Shown here: piece after piece, positions 9,936 through 22,205 of the stretch
Position numbering within the stretch: position 1 is the first letter of the stretch
Layout: each line of letters begins with the position of its first letter
Origin: an uncultured Clostridia bacterium
Lineage (GTDB): Bacteria > Bacillota > Clostridia > TANB77 > CAG-508
DNA length: 64,000 nucleotides
Assembly (NCBI GenBank): GCA_944387445.1
Contig: CALXEX010000005.1
Location: forward strand, 15,257 to 79,256
Direction of reading: 5' to 3'
Translations under genes and position numbers: made by a program
The notes under the pieces: model-generated
What the model was told of the DNA's origin: nothing
Seen by the model: the letters and a program-made list of their open reading frames with translations, nothing else
Database searches by the model: none

Positions 9936-11818
9936 TTATCTTTCATTAGCCGTAGGAATTGCTGGTGCAATTTGAGTATTAGAAGATTTTATACGTTTTA
10001 TACTCCAAAATCCTAGTTTTTTTAAATCAAGATGGACAGCATCATCTAGTAATAAAAGATCCTCAATTTGTAATAAAGAGTTTCCTATAATATTCTCTAA
10101 CTTTTCTCTATTTGTTACAAGTTTATCTATGAGCCAGGTAGCACCATCGATTTCTTCTAAATCTTCTAAACGACAGTAAAAAACTCTAGCATTTATTTTA
10201 TCAAATCCATATAGAATACTTCTCATAATGTCTTGCTTTATAAGAATTTTAGAATCTATTCCAAGTATACTATTTAAAAATCTTAAAATATCTGTTTCAA
10301 TATGTATATCTGTTTCTGCTGTGATAATTTTAATAATTTCCTTAGTGGTAGGGATAGGAGAAAAAAAGTTTGTAAAATTCTTTTTACAAAATAAATCTTG
10401 TGCATCTTGCGCAGTAAGAAATGCACATCCTATGCTGGTAGCTTCTCCTGTAGCTTCATCTATATTTTTATAAACAAATTCAAAAACGGGATCTTCTGAT
10501 GATAGTGTTTTTCTAGCAAATGAAACAAGTTCTTGTTCATTGTGAATTGTTCTTTCAGGAGTAACGATTTGTAGTATTTTTTTAGATGAATCTTGAAAGG
10601 TTGTGTGATCTAAAGCTTCATATGTTGAGTAAATATCTTCAATTTGACCATTTTCAAGATTTATTGTTCCGCGAGTTACTTTTGCGTTTACATTTACTTT
10701 TTCATTTGATTCAGGAGAATTTCCATATTTTGTGAGATATCTTTTTTGAGATACAAATTGAACAAGTAATTCTTCACCTTCTATTATGTCATATGGAGTT
10801 ATTACTTTTAAAACTTCTAAATGGTTTTCTGGATTCCAAGCTTGATAATTATCTAATGCATCATATATTTCCATAGTTTCTATACATTTACCTGTTTTTC
10901 TATCGATTAATCCATATATAAATTTTGCATTTTTCCCGTGTAGATTTTCCGTGTCAGCCTTAAATATAATCTCGTCATAATATCAGATAGAATGATACTA
11001 AGTGACTTTTCTGTTAATCCAGTTTGTTCTGATAATCTATTTTCTTCTGGTGGAGTAGTCTTTGCTGGCATGCTAGTTCCTGTTAGAAGATAATATTCAT
11101 TATTGCTAGCCTCATTATGTATTTGAACAAATTGTATATCTCTTTTAAAAGTTAACATATACCACAAATCTGGATTAGTTAAATTATGTATATCTAGATT
11201 TTTTAAAATTGATAAAGTCTTTTTTTGTTCATCAATATCTTGTTTTTGAGCAATATTTAGTAATTTTTCTTTTAGTACAAATAAGAAGTCAGGATAATCA
11301 CAATATTGTTCAATCTTATTGAAATCAATCATTTCATTTCTTGATATTTGTATTTCTATAATTTTTAATACAATGTTTGCAATTTTTCTCTTTCCCATCT
11401 CTAATTCTATGGCGGAAGTAGTATGAGCTTTCCAATCATTTGCAATATGTAATAAAGTTTCCCACAATTCTTCTGTAGTTTTTCCTTGTATATTTTCTAA
11501 AATAGTATTTATCTTTTTTTTGTATTCATCAATTTTTTGTTTTTGTTTTAAAGCATTACCTTTTTCTATAAAAAATATTTTGATATCATATTCTAAATAT
11601 GTAAGATCTTTAATAATAGATGCTTCTTCATAGCTTAGTCCTGGGATAGAATTTTTAGAATAATATAATGATACCCTGTTTTTGATATTTTCTAATCTGG
11701 CTTTATATGCTTTTGCAGTTTCAAATTCACCTAATATAGAGATTTCTAATATTTTTTCTTCTGATTGCTTAATTTCATCTAATAGGATTTCTTGTTTCGT
11801 ATCAAGTTCTAAATTCAT
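9936..11818 (-). CDS. Hypothetical protein, probably one ~626-aa gene split into two ORFs (10907-11818 and 9936-10874) at two CGG sites
   Basis: Skipping the C of minus-strand CGG at 10951 and 10938 joins the two ORFs in frame (LRLT-G-KST-G-KNAKFIYGLIDRKTGKCIETMEIYD). The downstream ATG has no convincing RBS. Confidence 0.5.
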
Positions 11819-12122
11819 TGTAAAATTCCTTTCATTTTAAATATAAGAAGTATTTGTCATATATTTGATTTAGATATTTATTGTATATAGAAAATGTTAA
11901 CTAACAAAAATATAAAAAAATGCTTATAACAATAGGATTATATCATATTTTAATACTTTTGTACAGTAAAAAATTATGTAAATAAGCAAAAATGAGATAT
12001 ATTGCAAGCTAAACGATAATAAACGGATAAGGGTAAACAAAAAATTATACAAATAAAACTTGAAAAATAGGCAAAAACAATGTAAAATAATATAGATTAT
12101 TATTTGAAAAGAGGAAAAAAAC

Positions 12123-12683
12123 ATGTTTTTAATTGTCGGTTTAGGAAATCCTGAAAATGAATATGCCAACACAAGACATAATATGGGATTTGACGCAATT
12201 AACCAATTGGCAGAAGAATATAAAATAGAAGTAAATAAAAATAAATTTAAAGCCATTTATGGAACAGGAATGATTGAAAATGAAAAGGTAATTCTTTTAA
12301 AGCCACAAACGTATATGAATTTAAGTGGAGAAAGTATAATAGAAGCCATTCAATTTTATAAAATAGGTTTAGAAAATATTGTCATTATCTATGATGATAT
12401 GGATGTAGAACCAGGAAAAATTAAAATAAGAAAAAAAGGTGGACCTGGTGCACATAATGGAATGAAATCTGTTATTGAAAATCTAAAATCAGAAGAATTT
12501 GCGAGAATTAGAATAGGAATTGGAACACCAGAATATAAAAATGATAAAATCAATTATGTTATAGGAACCATATCTTCAGAAGAGGATAGAGAAAAACTAA
12601 ATCAAGGAATAAAAAAAGCGGTAGAAGCCATTATAGAAATGATGAAAAATGGAATAGATTCAGCGATGAATAAATTTAATTAA
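12123..12683 (+). CDS. pth: Peptidyl-tRNA hydrolase
   Basis: LIVGLGNP, TRHNMGF, KPQTYMNLSG, GAHNG. Confidence 0.95.
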   Translation: MFLIVGLGNPENEYANTRHNMGFDAINQLAEEYKIEVNKNKFKAIYGTGMIENEKVILLKPQTYMNLSGESIIEAIQFYKIGLENIVIIYDDMDVEPGKIKIRKKGGPGAHNGMKSVIENLKSEEFARIRIGIGTPEYKNDKINYVIGTISSEEDREKLNQGIKKAVEAIIEMMKNGIDSAMNKFN

Positions 12684-12702
12684 GCAAGAAAGGAAAAACA
12701 AG

Positions 12703-13887
12703 ATGTTAGAATTAATCATAAAAAGAAAAGAAGACAAAAGGCAAATTGTTTTAGTGGAAAATGGAAAAATCATAGAATATTATGAAGAAGGACAAGAAGA
12801 TCATAAAAATGAAGGAAATATCTATATTGGTGTTGTAAAAGATATCATCAAAGGAATGCAAGCAGCATTTGTAGATATTGGAATTGGTAAAAATAGTTTA
12901 ATTCATGTAAAAGATATTCTAGAAAAACAAGATGAAAAGAAAGAAAAACAAAATATGGAGAAAGATATTCATGAATTACTAAAACCAAATCAAAAGCTAT
13001 TAGTACAAATCAAAAAAGATAGTAATGAAAAAAAAGGTGCAAGAATATCTACACATATGAATTTGCCAGGAAAATATATTGTTCTTATGCCTAATACAGA
13101 TATTATTACAGTTTCACAAAAAATAGAAAATAAGGAAGAACAAGAACGATTAATCCAATTAGTAAGAAACCATATTTCCAAAGGCAATGGTGCTGTTGTT
13201 AGAACTTCAGCAGAAGGAAAAGAAACAGAAATTATTGAAGATATAAAACATATGGAAAATAAGTGGGAAAAAATCCTAAAAGATAGTCAAGATGAAAATC
13301 AAGAAGCACCAAGACAATTATATAAAAGTGAAGATATTGTTGAAAAAATGTTACTGGATTTAACACAAAAAGGATTATCAACTGTTTTTGTAAATGATAG
13401 TATAGATTACAATGAAATCAATCGAATCAAAAATGAAAATAAAGAATATAAAGATTTGCAAATATTAGTAAAAGGAGAAGAATCCATATTCCAGATGTAT
13501 GATTTGGAACAACAAATTGAAAAAATCAATAATAGAAAAATATGGTTAAAATGTGGAGGCTTTATTACTATTGATAAAACAGAAGCATTAACAGCAATAG
13601 ATGTGAATACTGGAAAATATACAGGAAATAAAACGATGGAAGATACAGTCTTTAAAGTGAATCAAGAAGCAACGGTTGAAATTGCTAAACAATTAAGATT
13701 AAGAGATATTGGTGGTATCATTATTATTGACTATATCGATATGCAAAAAGAAGAGGATAAAAAAGCAATAGAAGACCTATTAAAAGAAGAATTAAAAAAA
13801 GACAGAAGCAAAACACAAATAGAAGGATTTACAAAATTAGACTTAATGGAAATGACAAGAAAACATATATGTAGTCATAAAGATTAG
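12703..13887 (+). CDS. rng: Ribonuclease E/G family
   Basis: S1 domain GMQAAFVDIG; TEALTAIDVNTG; LRLRDIGGIIIIDYIDM. Confidence 0.9.
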   Translation: MLELIIKRKEDKRQIVLVENGKIIEYYEEGQEDHKNEGNIYIGVVKDIIKGMQAAFVDIGIGKNSLIHVKDILEKQDEKKEKQNMEKDIHELLKPNQKLLVQIKKDSNEKKGARISTHMNLPGKYIVLMPNTDIITVSQKIENKEEQERLIQLVRNHISKGNGAVVRTSAEGKETEIIEDIKHMENKWEKILKDSQDENQEAPRQLYKSEDIVEKMLLDLTQKGLSTVFVNDSIDYNEINRIKNENKEYKDLQILVKGEESIFQMYDLEQQIEKINNRKIWLKCGGFITIDKTEALTAIDVNTGKYTGNKTMEDTVFKVNQEATVEIAKQLRLRDIGGIIIIDYIDMQKEEDKKAIEDLLKEELKKDRSKTQIEGFTKLDLMEMTRKHICSHKD

Positions 13888-13932
13888 TCCATATAATAAT
13901 TTTATCAAAAAAGAGAGAGGATACACCAAAAA

Positions 13933-15309
13933 ATGAATGTAGGATTTATATCACTAGGTTGTAGTAAGAATTTAATAGATACAGAATGTCTAATAGGAAT
14001 ATTTAAAGAGAATCGCTTTCAAATTGTTAATGAAGAAGAAAAAGCAGATATTCTTGTGATAAATACTTGTGGGTTTATTGAATCTGCAAAGGAAGAAGCT
14101 ATTAATACGATATTAGAGATGGCAGAATATAAAAAGCAAAGATGCAAATATTTGATTGTGATGGGATGTCTCGTACAAAGATATTATGAAGATTTAGTAA
14201 AAGCTTTACCAGAAGTGGATTTGTTTATAAAAATTGAAGATTATGACAAATTGTGGAATAAGATAGAGGATTTACTAAAAAGAGGGATTGTCGAAAAGAA
14301 AGATAGAAAAAACAAAACAGAAAGAAAGAAAATAACAGACATACCACAAATGCCAATGTTTACTGAGCAAGAATTTTTGAATAGAACCATTACAACAGGA
14401 AATAATTATGCATATATCAAAATCGGAGAAGGATGTAGTAATAAATGCACATATTGTGCTATACCATATATTAGAGGACCATTTGCTAGTAGAAAAATGG
14501 AAGACATTTTAGAAGAGGCAAATATGTTAGCCAAAAAGGGAATCAAAGAACTGATTGTCATAGCACAAGACACAACCAAATATGGTATTGACATATATGG
14601 AGAGTCAAAATTAGCAGAATTATTAGAAAAATTAACAAAAATAGAAGGAATTCATTGGATTCGTTTCTTGTATGCATATCCAGAAGGAATCACAAAAGAA
14701 TTAATTCAGGTTGTGGCAAATAATGATAAAATTGCAAAATATTTTGATATTCCTATCCAACACATTGCAAATACTGTGTTAAAAAGAATGAATCGAAGAA
14801 CCAGTAAAGAACAAATAGAAATGTTATTAAAAACGATTCGAGAACAAATACCAAATGTTGTTTTAAGAACAAGTTTGATTGTAGGATTTCCAGGAGAGAC
14901 GAAGGAAGATTTTCAAGAATTAAAGACATTTGTACAAACTGCAAAATTTGATAAATTAGGTACATTTATGTATTCCAAAGAAGATGGAACACCAGCAGAA
15001 AAATTGCCTAATCAAGTTCATGGAAACACAAAAAAAGCAAGATATCATCAAATTATGAAAGAACAACAAGAAATTTCTAAAGAACTTCAAAGTAGAAAAA
15101 TAGGTAAAACATATGAAGTATTGATTGAAGATATGTCTTTTGATGGAAAATACTATATAGGAAGAACTATGCAAGATGTACCAGAAATGGATGGAATTGT
15201 ATACATAAAAAATGAAACAGAGACAAAACCAGAAGAGATGATAAATCATTTTAAAAATTGTAAAGTAATAGAAGTTAGTGATTATGATATCATAGCAGAA
15301 TTTGAATAA
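13933..15309 (+). CDS. rimO: Ribosomal protein S12 methylthiotransferase
   Basis: SLGCSKN, INTCGFIESAKEE, CSNKCTYC radical SAM motif. Confidence 0.93.
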   Translation: MNVGFISLGCSKNLIDTECLIGIFKENRFQIVNEEEKADILVINTCGFIESAKEEAINTILEMAEYKKQRCKYLIVMGCLVQRYYEDLVKALPEVDLFIKIEDYDKLWNKIEDLLKRGIVEKKDRKNKTERKKITDIPQMPMFTEQEFLNRTITTGNNYAYIKIGEGCSNKCTYCAIPYIRGPFASRKMEDILEEANMLAKKGIKELIVIAQDTTKYGIDIYGESKLAELLEKLTKIEGIHWIRFLYAYPEGITKELIQVVANNDKIAKYFDIPIQHIANTVLKRMNRRTSKEQIEMLLKTIREQIPNVVLRTSLIVGFPGETKEDFQELKTFVQTAKFDKLGTFMYSKEDGTPAEKLPNQVHGNTKKARYHQIMKEQQEISKELQSRKIGKTYEVLIEDMSFDGKYYIGRTMQDVPEMDGIVYIKNETETKPEEMINHFKNCKVIEVSDYDIIAEFE

Positions 15310-15382
15310 GCCAAGAGATATTCTCTTGGCAATTTTTGGTATATAACAAAGTTAGATGTCTATATTGTACAATGCTTATAAA

Positions 15383-15766
15383 TTAATTTTGTACAGGTGA
15401 AGATGGTGATTTTTTACTTTTAAACATTAAAATGATTCCTAATAAGATAAATAAAAATGAAAATATATTTAATGCATTAAGTGCAATAATACCAATAATG
15501 GTAATGATTTCGAAGATACATAATATTGTATAAATTACAGAATTTTGTTTTGACTTATCTTCTCTTTTCATATTTAAAATGATTAGTATAACAGAAATAA
15601 TCAATATGATTGTTAAAATAATTTCCCAAGCTGTTTGAAAACCATCTGTATATTCATAATCAACAACAAAATTCCATAAAATAATTTTTCCTGTTTGAAT
15701 TAAAAATAATACAGAACAAATAACTCCATAAATTGTATGAATAATACCTAAAGTGAAATTTTTCAT
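15383..15766 (-). CDS. Small multi-TM membrane protein
   Basis: AGGAGG RBS before ATG 15766; hydrophobic helices. Confidence 0.65.
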   Translation of the reverse strand: MKNFTLGIIHTIYGVICSVLFLIQTGKIILWNFVVDYEYTDGFQTAWEIILTIILIISVILIILNMKREDKSKQNSVIYTILCIFEIITIIGIIALNALNIFSFLFILLGIILMFKSKKSPSSPVQN

Positions 15767-16053
15767 CGCTAATCCTCCTTTTATATAAATTCCTATTAAA
15801 GCATATAATAAAAATATAAAAATGTAAAGAAATTTTATTTGCGTTATAGGAAACTGTAACACTCATGTAAAGCTAAATATAATATTGTAAAGGGAAATTA
15901 CTTGAAAAATGGTATATAATTTAGTATAATAAAGATATTGAAAAAATGAGAAGAAAAAGGTAAAACATAAGGTTAAACAAATTTTTAGGAGTTGTTCTAA
16001 AAATGCACATAATTGTATAGAAATTTATACATTAGAAAGGAATGAGATGAATA

Positions 16054-17064
16054 ATGAAAAAAAGAGTATTGACAGGGGATAGACCAACAGGAAAATTACA
16101 TATAGGTCATTATTTTGGATCATTAAAAAAGAGAGTAGAAATGCAAAATAGTGGAGACTATGATATCTATATATTAATTGCAGATGTGCAAGCTTTAACA
16201 GATAATTTTAATAATCCAGAAAAAGTTAGAAAAAATGTAAGAGAATTGGCTATGGACTATTTAGCATGTGGAATTGATCCAGAAAAAACAACAATATATA
16301 TACAATCTATGATACCAGAAACAGCAGAATTAACAGTATATTATTCAAATTTAGTAACCATCGCAAGACTTCAAAGAAATCCAACCGTAAAAACAGAAAT
16401 TGCACAAAAAAAAGAACTATTTGGAGAAAGTGTAACCTATGGATTTTTAGGTTATCCAGTAAGTCAGGCAGCGGATATTACCACATTTGAAGGAGAATTG
16501 GTTCCAACAGGAGAAGACCAAGAACCATTAATTGAACAATGTAGAGAAATTGTTAGAAAATTTAATAGTATTTATGGAGAAGTATTAACAGAACCTAAAA
16601 TTGTATTATCAGAAGGAAAAAGAATCAAAGGATTAGATGGCAATGAAAAAATGGGAAAATCTCTTGGAAATGCTATTTATCTTTCAGATTCAGAAGAAGA
16701 AATCACCAAAAAAGTAATGAGTGCTGTAACAGACCCAAATAGAATAAAGAAAGATGATTTGGGAAATCCTGATATATGTATGGTAGCCTATTATCATAAA
16801 TTATTCTCTACTAAGGAAGAAATCGATACCATATGTGCAGAATGTAGAGCAGGTAAAAGAGGATGTGTGGCTTGTAAAAAACAATTAGCAAAAAATATTA
16901 GTGAATATTTAAAACCAATTAGAGAAAAAAGAAAATATTATGAAGAACATCCAGAAATAGTAGATAAAATTTTAAAAGAAGGAACAGAGAAAGCTAGAAA
17001 AACAGCACAAGAGACAATGAAAAAGGTAAAAAAAGCAATGAAGCTAGATTACTTCGAAGAATAA
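16054..17064 (+). CDS. trpS: Tryptophan--tRNA ligase
   Basis: TGDRPTGKLHIGH, YPVSQAADI, KMGKS. Confidence 0.95.
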   Translation: MKKRVLTGDRPTGKLHIGHYFGSLKKRVEMQNSGDYDIYILIADVQALTDNFNNPEKVRKNVRELAMDYLACGIDPEKTTIYIQSMIPETAELTVYYSNLVTIARLQRNPTVKTEIAQKKELFGESVTYGFLGYPVSQAADITTFEGELVPTGEDQEPLIEQCREIVRKFNSIYGEVLTEPKIVLSEGKRIKGLDGNEKMGKSLGNAIYLSDSEEEITKKVMSAVTDPNRIKKDDLGNPDICMVAYYHKLFSTKEEIDTICAECRAGKRGCVACKKQLAKNISEYLKPIREKRKYYEEHPEIVDKILKEGTEKARKTAQETMKKVKKAMKLDYFEE

Positions 17065-17079
17065 AAAGGAGAGAAAAAT

Positions 17080-19475
<2,396 letters not shown>

Positions 19476-19515
19476 ATCCAATTCTAAGCAATTCCTTAAA
19501 TATATTACAAAAAAG

Positions 19516-19553
19516 ACAGGGGCAAAATGGAATTATTCCATTTTGTCCCTGTT
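19516..19553. terminator. Bidirectional terminator
   Basis: acaggggcaaaatggaat / attccattttgtccctgt hairpin between convergent genes. Confidence 0.65.
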
Positions 19554-19580
19554 TTCCTCAGGTCTAATAGAATAGTTTAT

Positions 19581-20009
19581 TTATAAGTATTTTTTTAGTC
19601 TTTCAACATTATTTTCTTGAAATTGAATAAAATTATTTAAAATATTTTTAATACTATCTGTTGTTTCAGGATTATGATTTAATAATTTTACACCTTCAAT
19701 AATTCCCATATTTGTTCCTTTAATTAGCATTTCAGCAATTTTAGAATCAGAATCATCGGTCATTGTACTAATTTGAACATCAAACCATCCCATCATTTTT
19801 TGAGCGGGATTTAATTCTTTAGGAAACTCTTCATATTTTCCTAGTTCTGCATTTACATCATTTAAGATTTCATTATATTGATTATATTCAGATTGTAAGT
19901 CATCTTTTAATTGATCATCTGTTACTTTTTCAGCAATCGTAGAAATAGAGTCCATTCCCATTTTGATTCCTTTATTGATTTCATTTAAAATATATTCTGG
20001 TCTATTCAT
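19581..20009 (-). CDS. Conserved clostridial ferritin-like four-helix protein (DUF2383-like)
   Basis: KMGMDSI...DSKIAEMLIKGTNMGI...QENNVERLKKYL pattern. Confidence 0.6.
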   Translation of the reverse strand: MNRPEYILNEINKGIKMGMDSISTIAEKVTDDQLKDDLQSEYNQYNEILNDVNAELGKYEEFPKELNPAQKMMGWFDVQISTMTDDSDSKIAEMLIKGTNMGIIEGVKLLNHNPETTDSIKNILNNFIQFQENNVERLKKYL

Positions 20010-20186
20010 TTTTTTACCTCCTTAAAAATTTTCAAAATTGTTATCTTTAAATAAAAGATATTGATATTTTCTTTCAAATTTATTATGTGCCAAATACAAA
20101 AAAATATGAATATAAAATAATATTTGAATAAAAAATAAAAAAAAGGAAAAAATGTGTATATAAAATTTAAGATAGGAGTGAATAAA

Positions 20187-20621
20187 ATGGAAGAAATGGT
20201 AAATAAGCTAAATGAATTCTTAGCAGATTTAAATGTATTTTATAGGAAGTTACAAAATTATCATTGGAATGTAAAAGGAAAAAACTTTTTTGTATTGCAT
20301 GAAAAGTTAGAAGAATATTATGACAAAATTAATGAAGAAATTGATGAAATTGCAGAGCATATATTAACATTGGATAAACAACCACTAGGTACTATGAAGG
20401 ATTATTTAGAAAAAACATGTATTGAAGAAGCACAAAATGCAAAAATAGAAGGAGAAATTGTTTTAGATAAAATATTGAAAGATTTTGAAACTTTATTACA
20501 AAAGGCAATGACAATAAAGGAATTAGCTGATGAACATCATATTTATGCAACGTCTAGTTTAATGGATGATTATATATTAGAATATAGTAAAATTATATGG
20601 ATGTTAAAACAACATAAATAA
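20187..20621 (+). CDS. dps: Dps family DNA-protection protein
   Basis: KLQNYHWNVKGKNFFVLHEKLEE...DEIAE. Confidence 0.9.
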   Translation: MEEMVNKLNEFLADLNVFYRKLQNYHWNVKGKNFFVLHEKLEEYYDKINEEIDEIAEHILTLDKQPLGTMKDYLEKTCIEEAQNAKIEGEIVLDKILKDFETLLQKAMTIKELADEHHIYATSSLMDDYILEYSKIIWMLKQHK

Positions 20622-20758
20622 AAACTTTTAAGGATAAAGAAAATCAAAAGAATAAAATAATATAAATTAATAAAAGATTTTAAGTATAGATATTATTTAA
20701 GAAGAAAAAAGAAGAGAAAAAATAAAGAAATAAACAAAGGAGAAGGGAGTGCTAAAAA

Positions 20759-22030
20759 ATGAAAAAACTAGACAAAAGAAAATATAAAATAAATAATGGT
20801 ATTACGCTAATTGCTTTAGTGATTACAATTATCATACTCTTAATATTAGCAGGTGTTGCAATTGCAACTTTAACAGGAGAAAATGGAATATTAAATAAAG
20901 CAAGTGAGGCAAGTGAAAATACTAAGCAGGCTAATGCAGAAGAACAGGTGAAATTGGCAATACTAGCAAGTAGAGGAACAGATGGAAAGATTGATATGGC
21001 GAGTTTGAATAATGAATTAGAAAAAATAGGAGCTTATTTTAAGGAAAATCCCATATCAAGTGACAATCAGATAGAAACATTACCTGCAATTGTAACTTTA
21101 GATGGATACGAAGTAGAAATAACAGGAGATGTAAGTGATAGTCATCCACCAATTCCAGATGGATTTTATCATGTAGAAGGTACAACGATAGAAGATGGAT
21201 ATGTTATATCAGATCAAGAAGGAGACGATTTAGATAATACAGCAAAAGGAAATCAATTTGTATGGGTACCAGTAGAAAATTTTAGTGAATTTGTAAGAAG
21301 AGATGGGTATTCTAATGGATCAGTACAGAATTATGTATCAAAATTGACTTGTACAGAAGCAGATATGACAGGAATTAATAGTAAAGTTGAAGAAACGTCA
21401 AAAACGAAAACAGAAGCACAAGAGATGTATAAAAGTGTAGAAAAGAATAAAGGATTTTATATAGGAAGGTATGAGACTGGAAAAGAAAATAATAATGTGG
21501 TAATACAAAAAGGAGCCAATCCATATTGTGTAGTAAAATGGTCATCAAATGGTGAAATGCAAGAGACAACTGGAACAACAGGAGGAGCTGTAGAACTTTC
21601 AAGGAATTTTGCTAATAACAAAGGATATACAAATGCAGTAAGCACATTAATTTATGGAGTACAATGGGATGCAACTATGAAATGGATGGAAAATGTTGAA
21701 AATTCAAATGTAACAGGAGATTTTACAAAGTATATACAAAATAGTACAGGTATGGGATGGTATAGTGATAATTATAGTAAAAATCCATCACATTTAACTG
21801 GACAAGATGTAGATGAAAATAAGAGTAACTGTATAAAAAATGTGTATGATTTGGGAGGAAATCTTTATGAATGGACAATGGAATCTTATGCCACAGACAA
21901 AAGAGTAATTCGAGGGTGTGGTTATCCAGATGGTGGCTATTTTCCAGCATCTATTCGTAGTTATAGCAAACCTTCAGAGGGTACATCATATACAGGATTT
22001 CGTATTGCTTTGTATATAAAAGATAGATAA
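20759..22030 (+). CDS. Type IV pilin-like protein with C-terminal FGE-sulfatase/C-type lectin domain
   Basis: Class III signal GITLIALVITIIILLILAGV; GFYIGRYE, YDLGGNLYEW, RVIRG...GFRIALY. Confidence 0.8.
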   Translation: MKKLDKRKYKINNGITLIALVITIIILLILAGVAIATLTGENGILNKASEASENTKQANAEEQVKLAILASRGTDGKIDMASLNNELEKIGAYFKENPISSDNQIETLPAIVTLDGYEVEITGDVSDSHPPIPDGFYHVEGTTIEDGYVISDQEGDDLDNTAKGNQFVWVPVENFSEFVRRDGYSNGSVQNYVSKLTCTEADMTGINSKVEETSKTKTEAQEMYKSVEKNKGFYIGRYETGKENNNVVIQKGANPYCVVKWSSNGEMQETTGTTGGAVELSRNFANNKGYTNAVSTLIYGVQWDATMKWMENVENSNVTGDFTKYIQNSTGMGWYSDNYSKNPSHLTGQDVDENKSNCIKNVYDLGGNLYEWTMESYATDKRVIRGCGYPDGGYFPASIRSYSKPSEGTSYTGFRIALYIKDR

Positions 22031-22055
22031 TGGTTTATGACTGATAAAAGAAAAA

Positions 22056-22126
22056 AGAAAAAATGTTCGCAAAATGTATTGACAAATTTAAAAATTGTGG
22101 ATACAATAAAGGCGAACATTTTTTCA
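22056..22126 (+). promoter_or_regulatory. recN SigA promoter flanked by two LexA (SOS)-like boxes
   Basis: TTGACA 22079-84, 17 nt, TACAAT 22102-07; GAAA-N4-GTTCG (22056-69) and CGAAC-N4-TTTC (22113-26). Confidence 0.65.
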
Positions 22127-22205
22127 TAAAAGAAAAATATATTTCTTTTATGAAAAATACATTGTTCGATTTATCTGTAATAAAAAGAAAGTAGAGGAAT
22201 AAGTT

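Noticed and set aside
15870-16053. T-box riboswitch before trpS
   Set aside because: Short leader with no recognisable T-box motif or terminator/antiterminator.
21890-22200. DGR template repeat or hairpin downstream of the pilin-CLec gene
   Set aside because: No second copy of the putative variable region was seen; the downstream inverted repeat is better explained as LexA boxes of recN.
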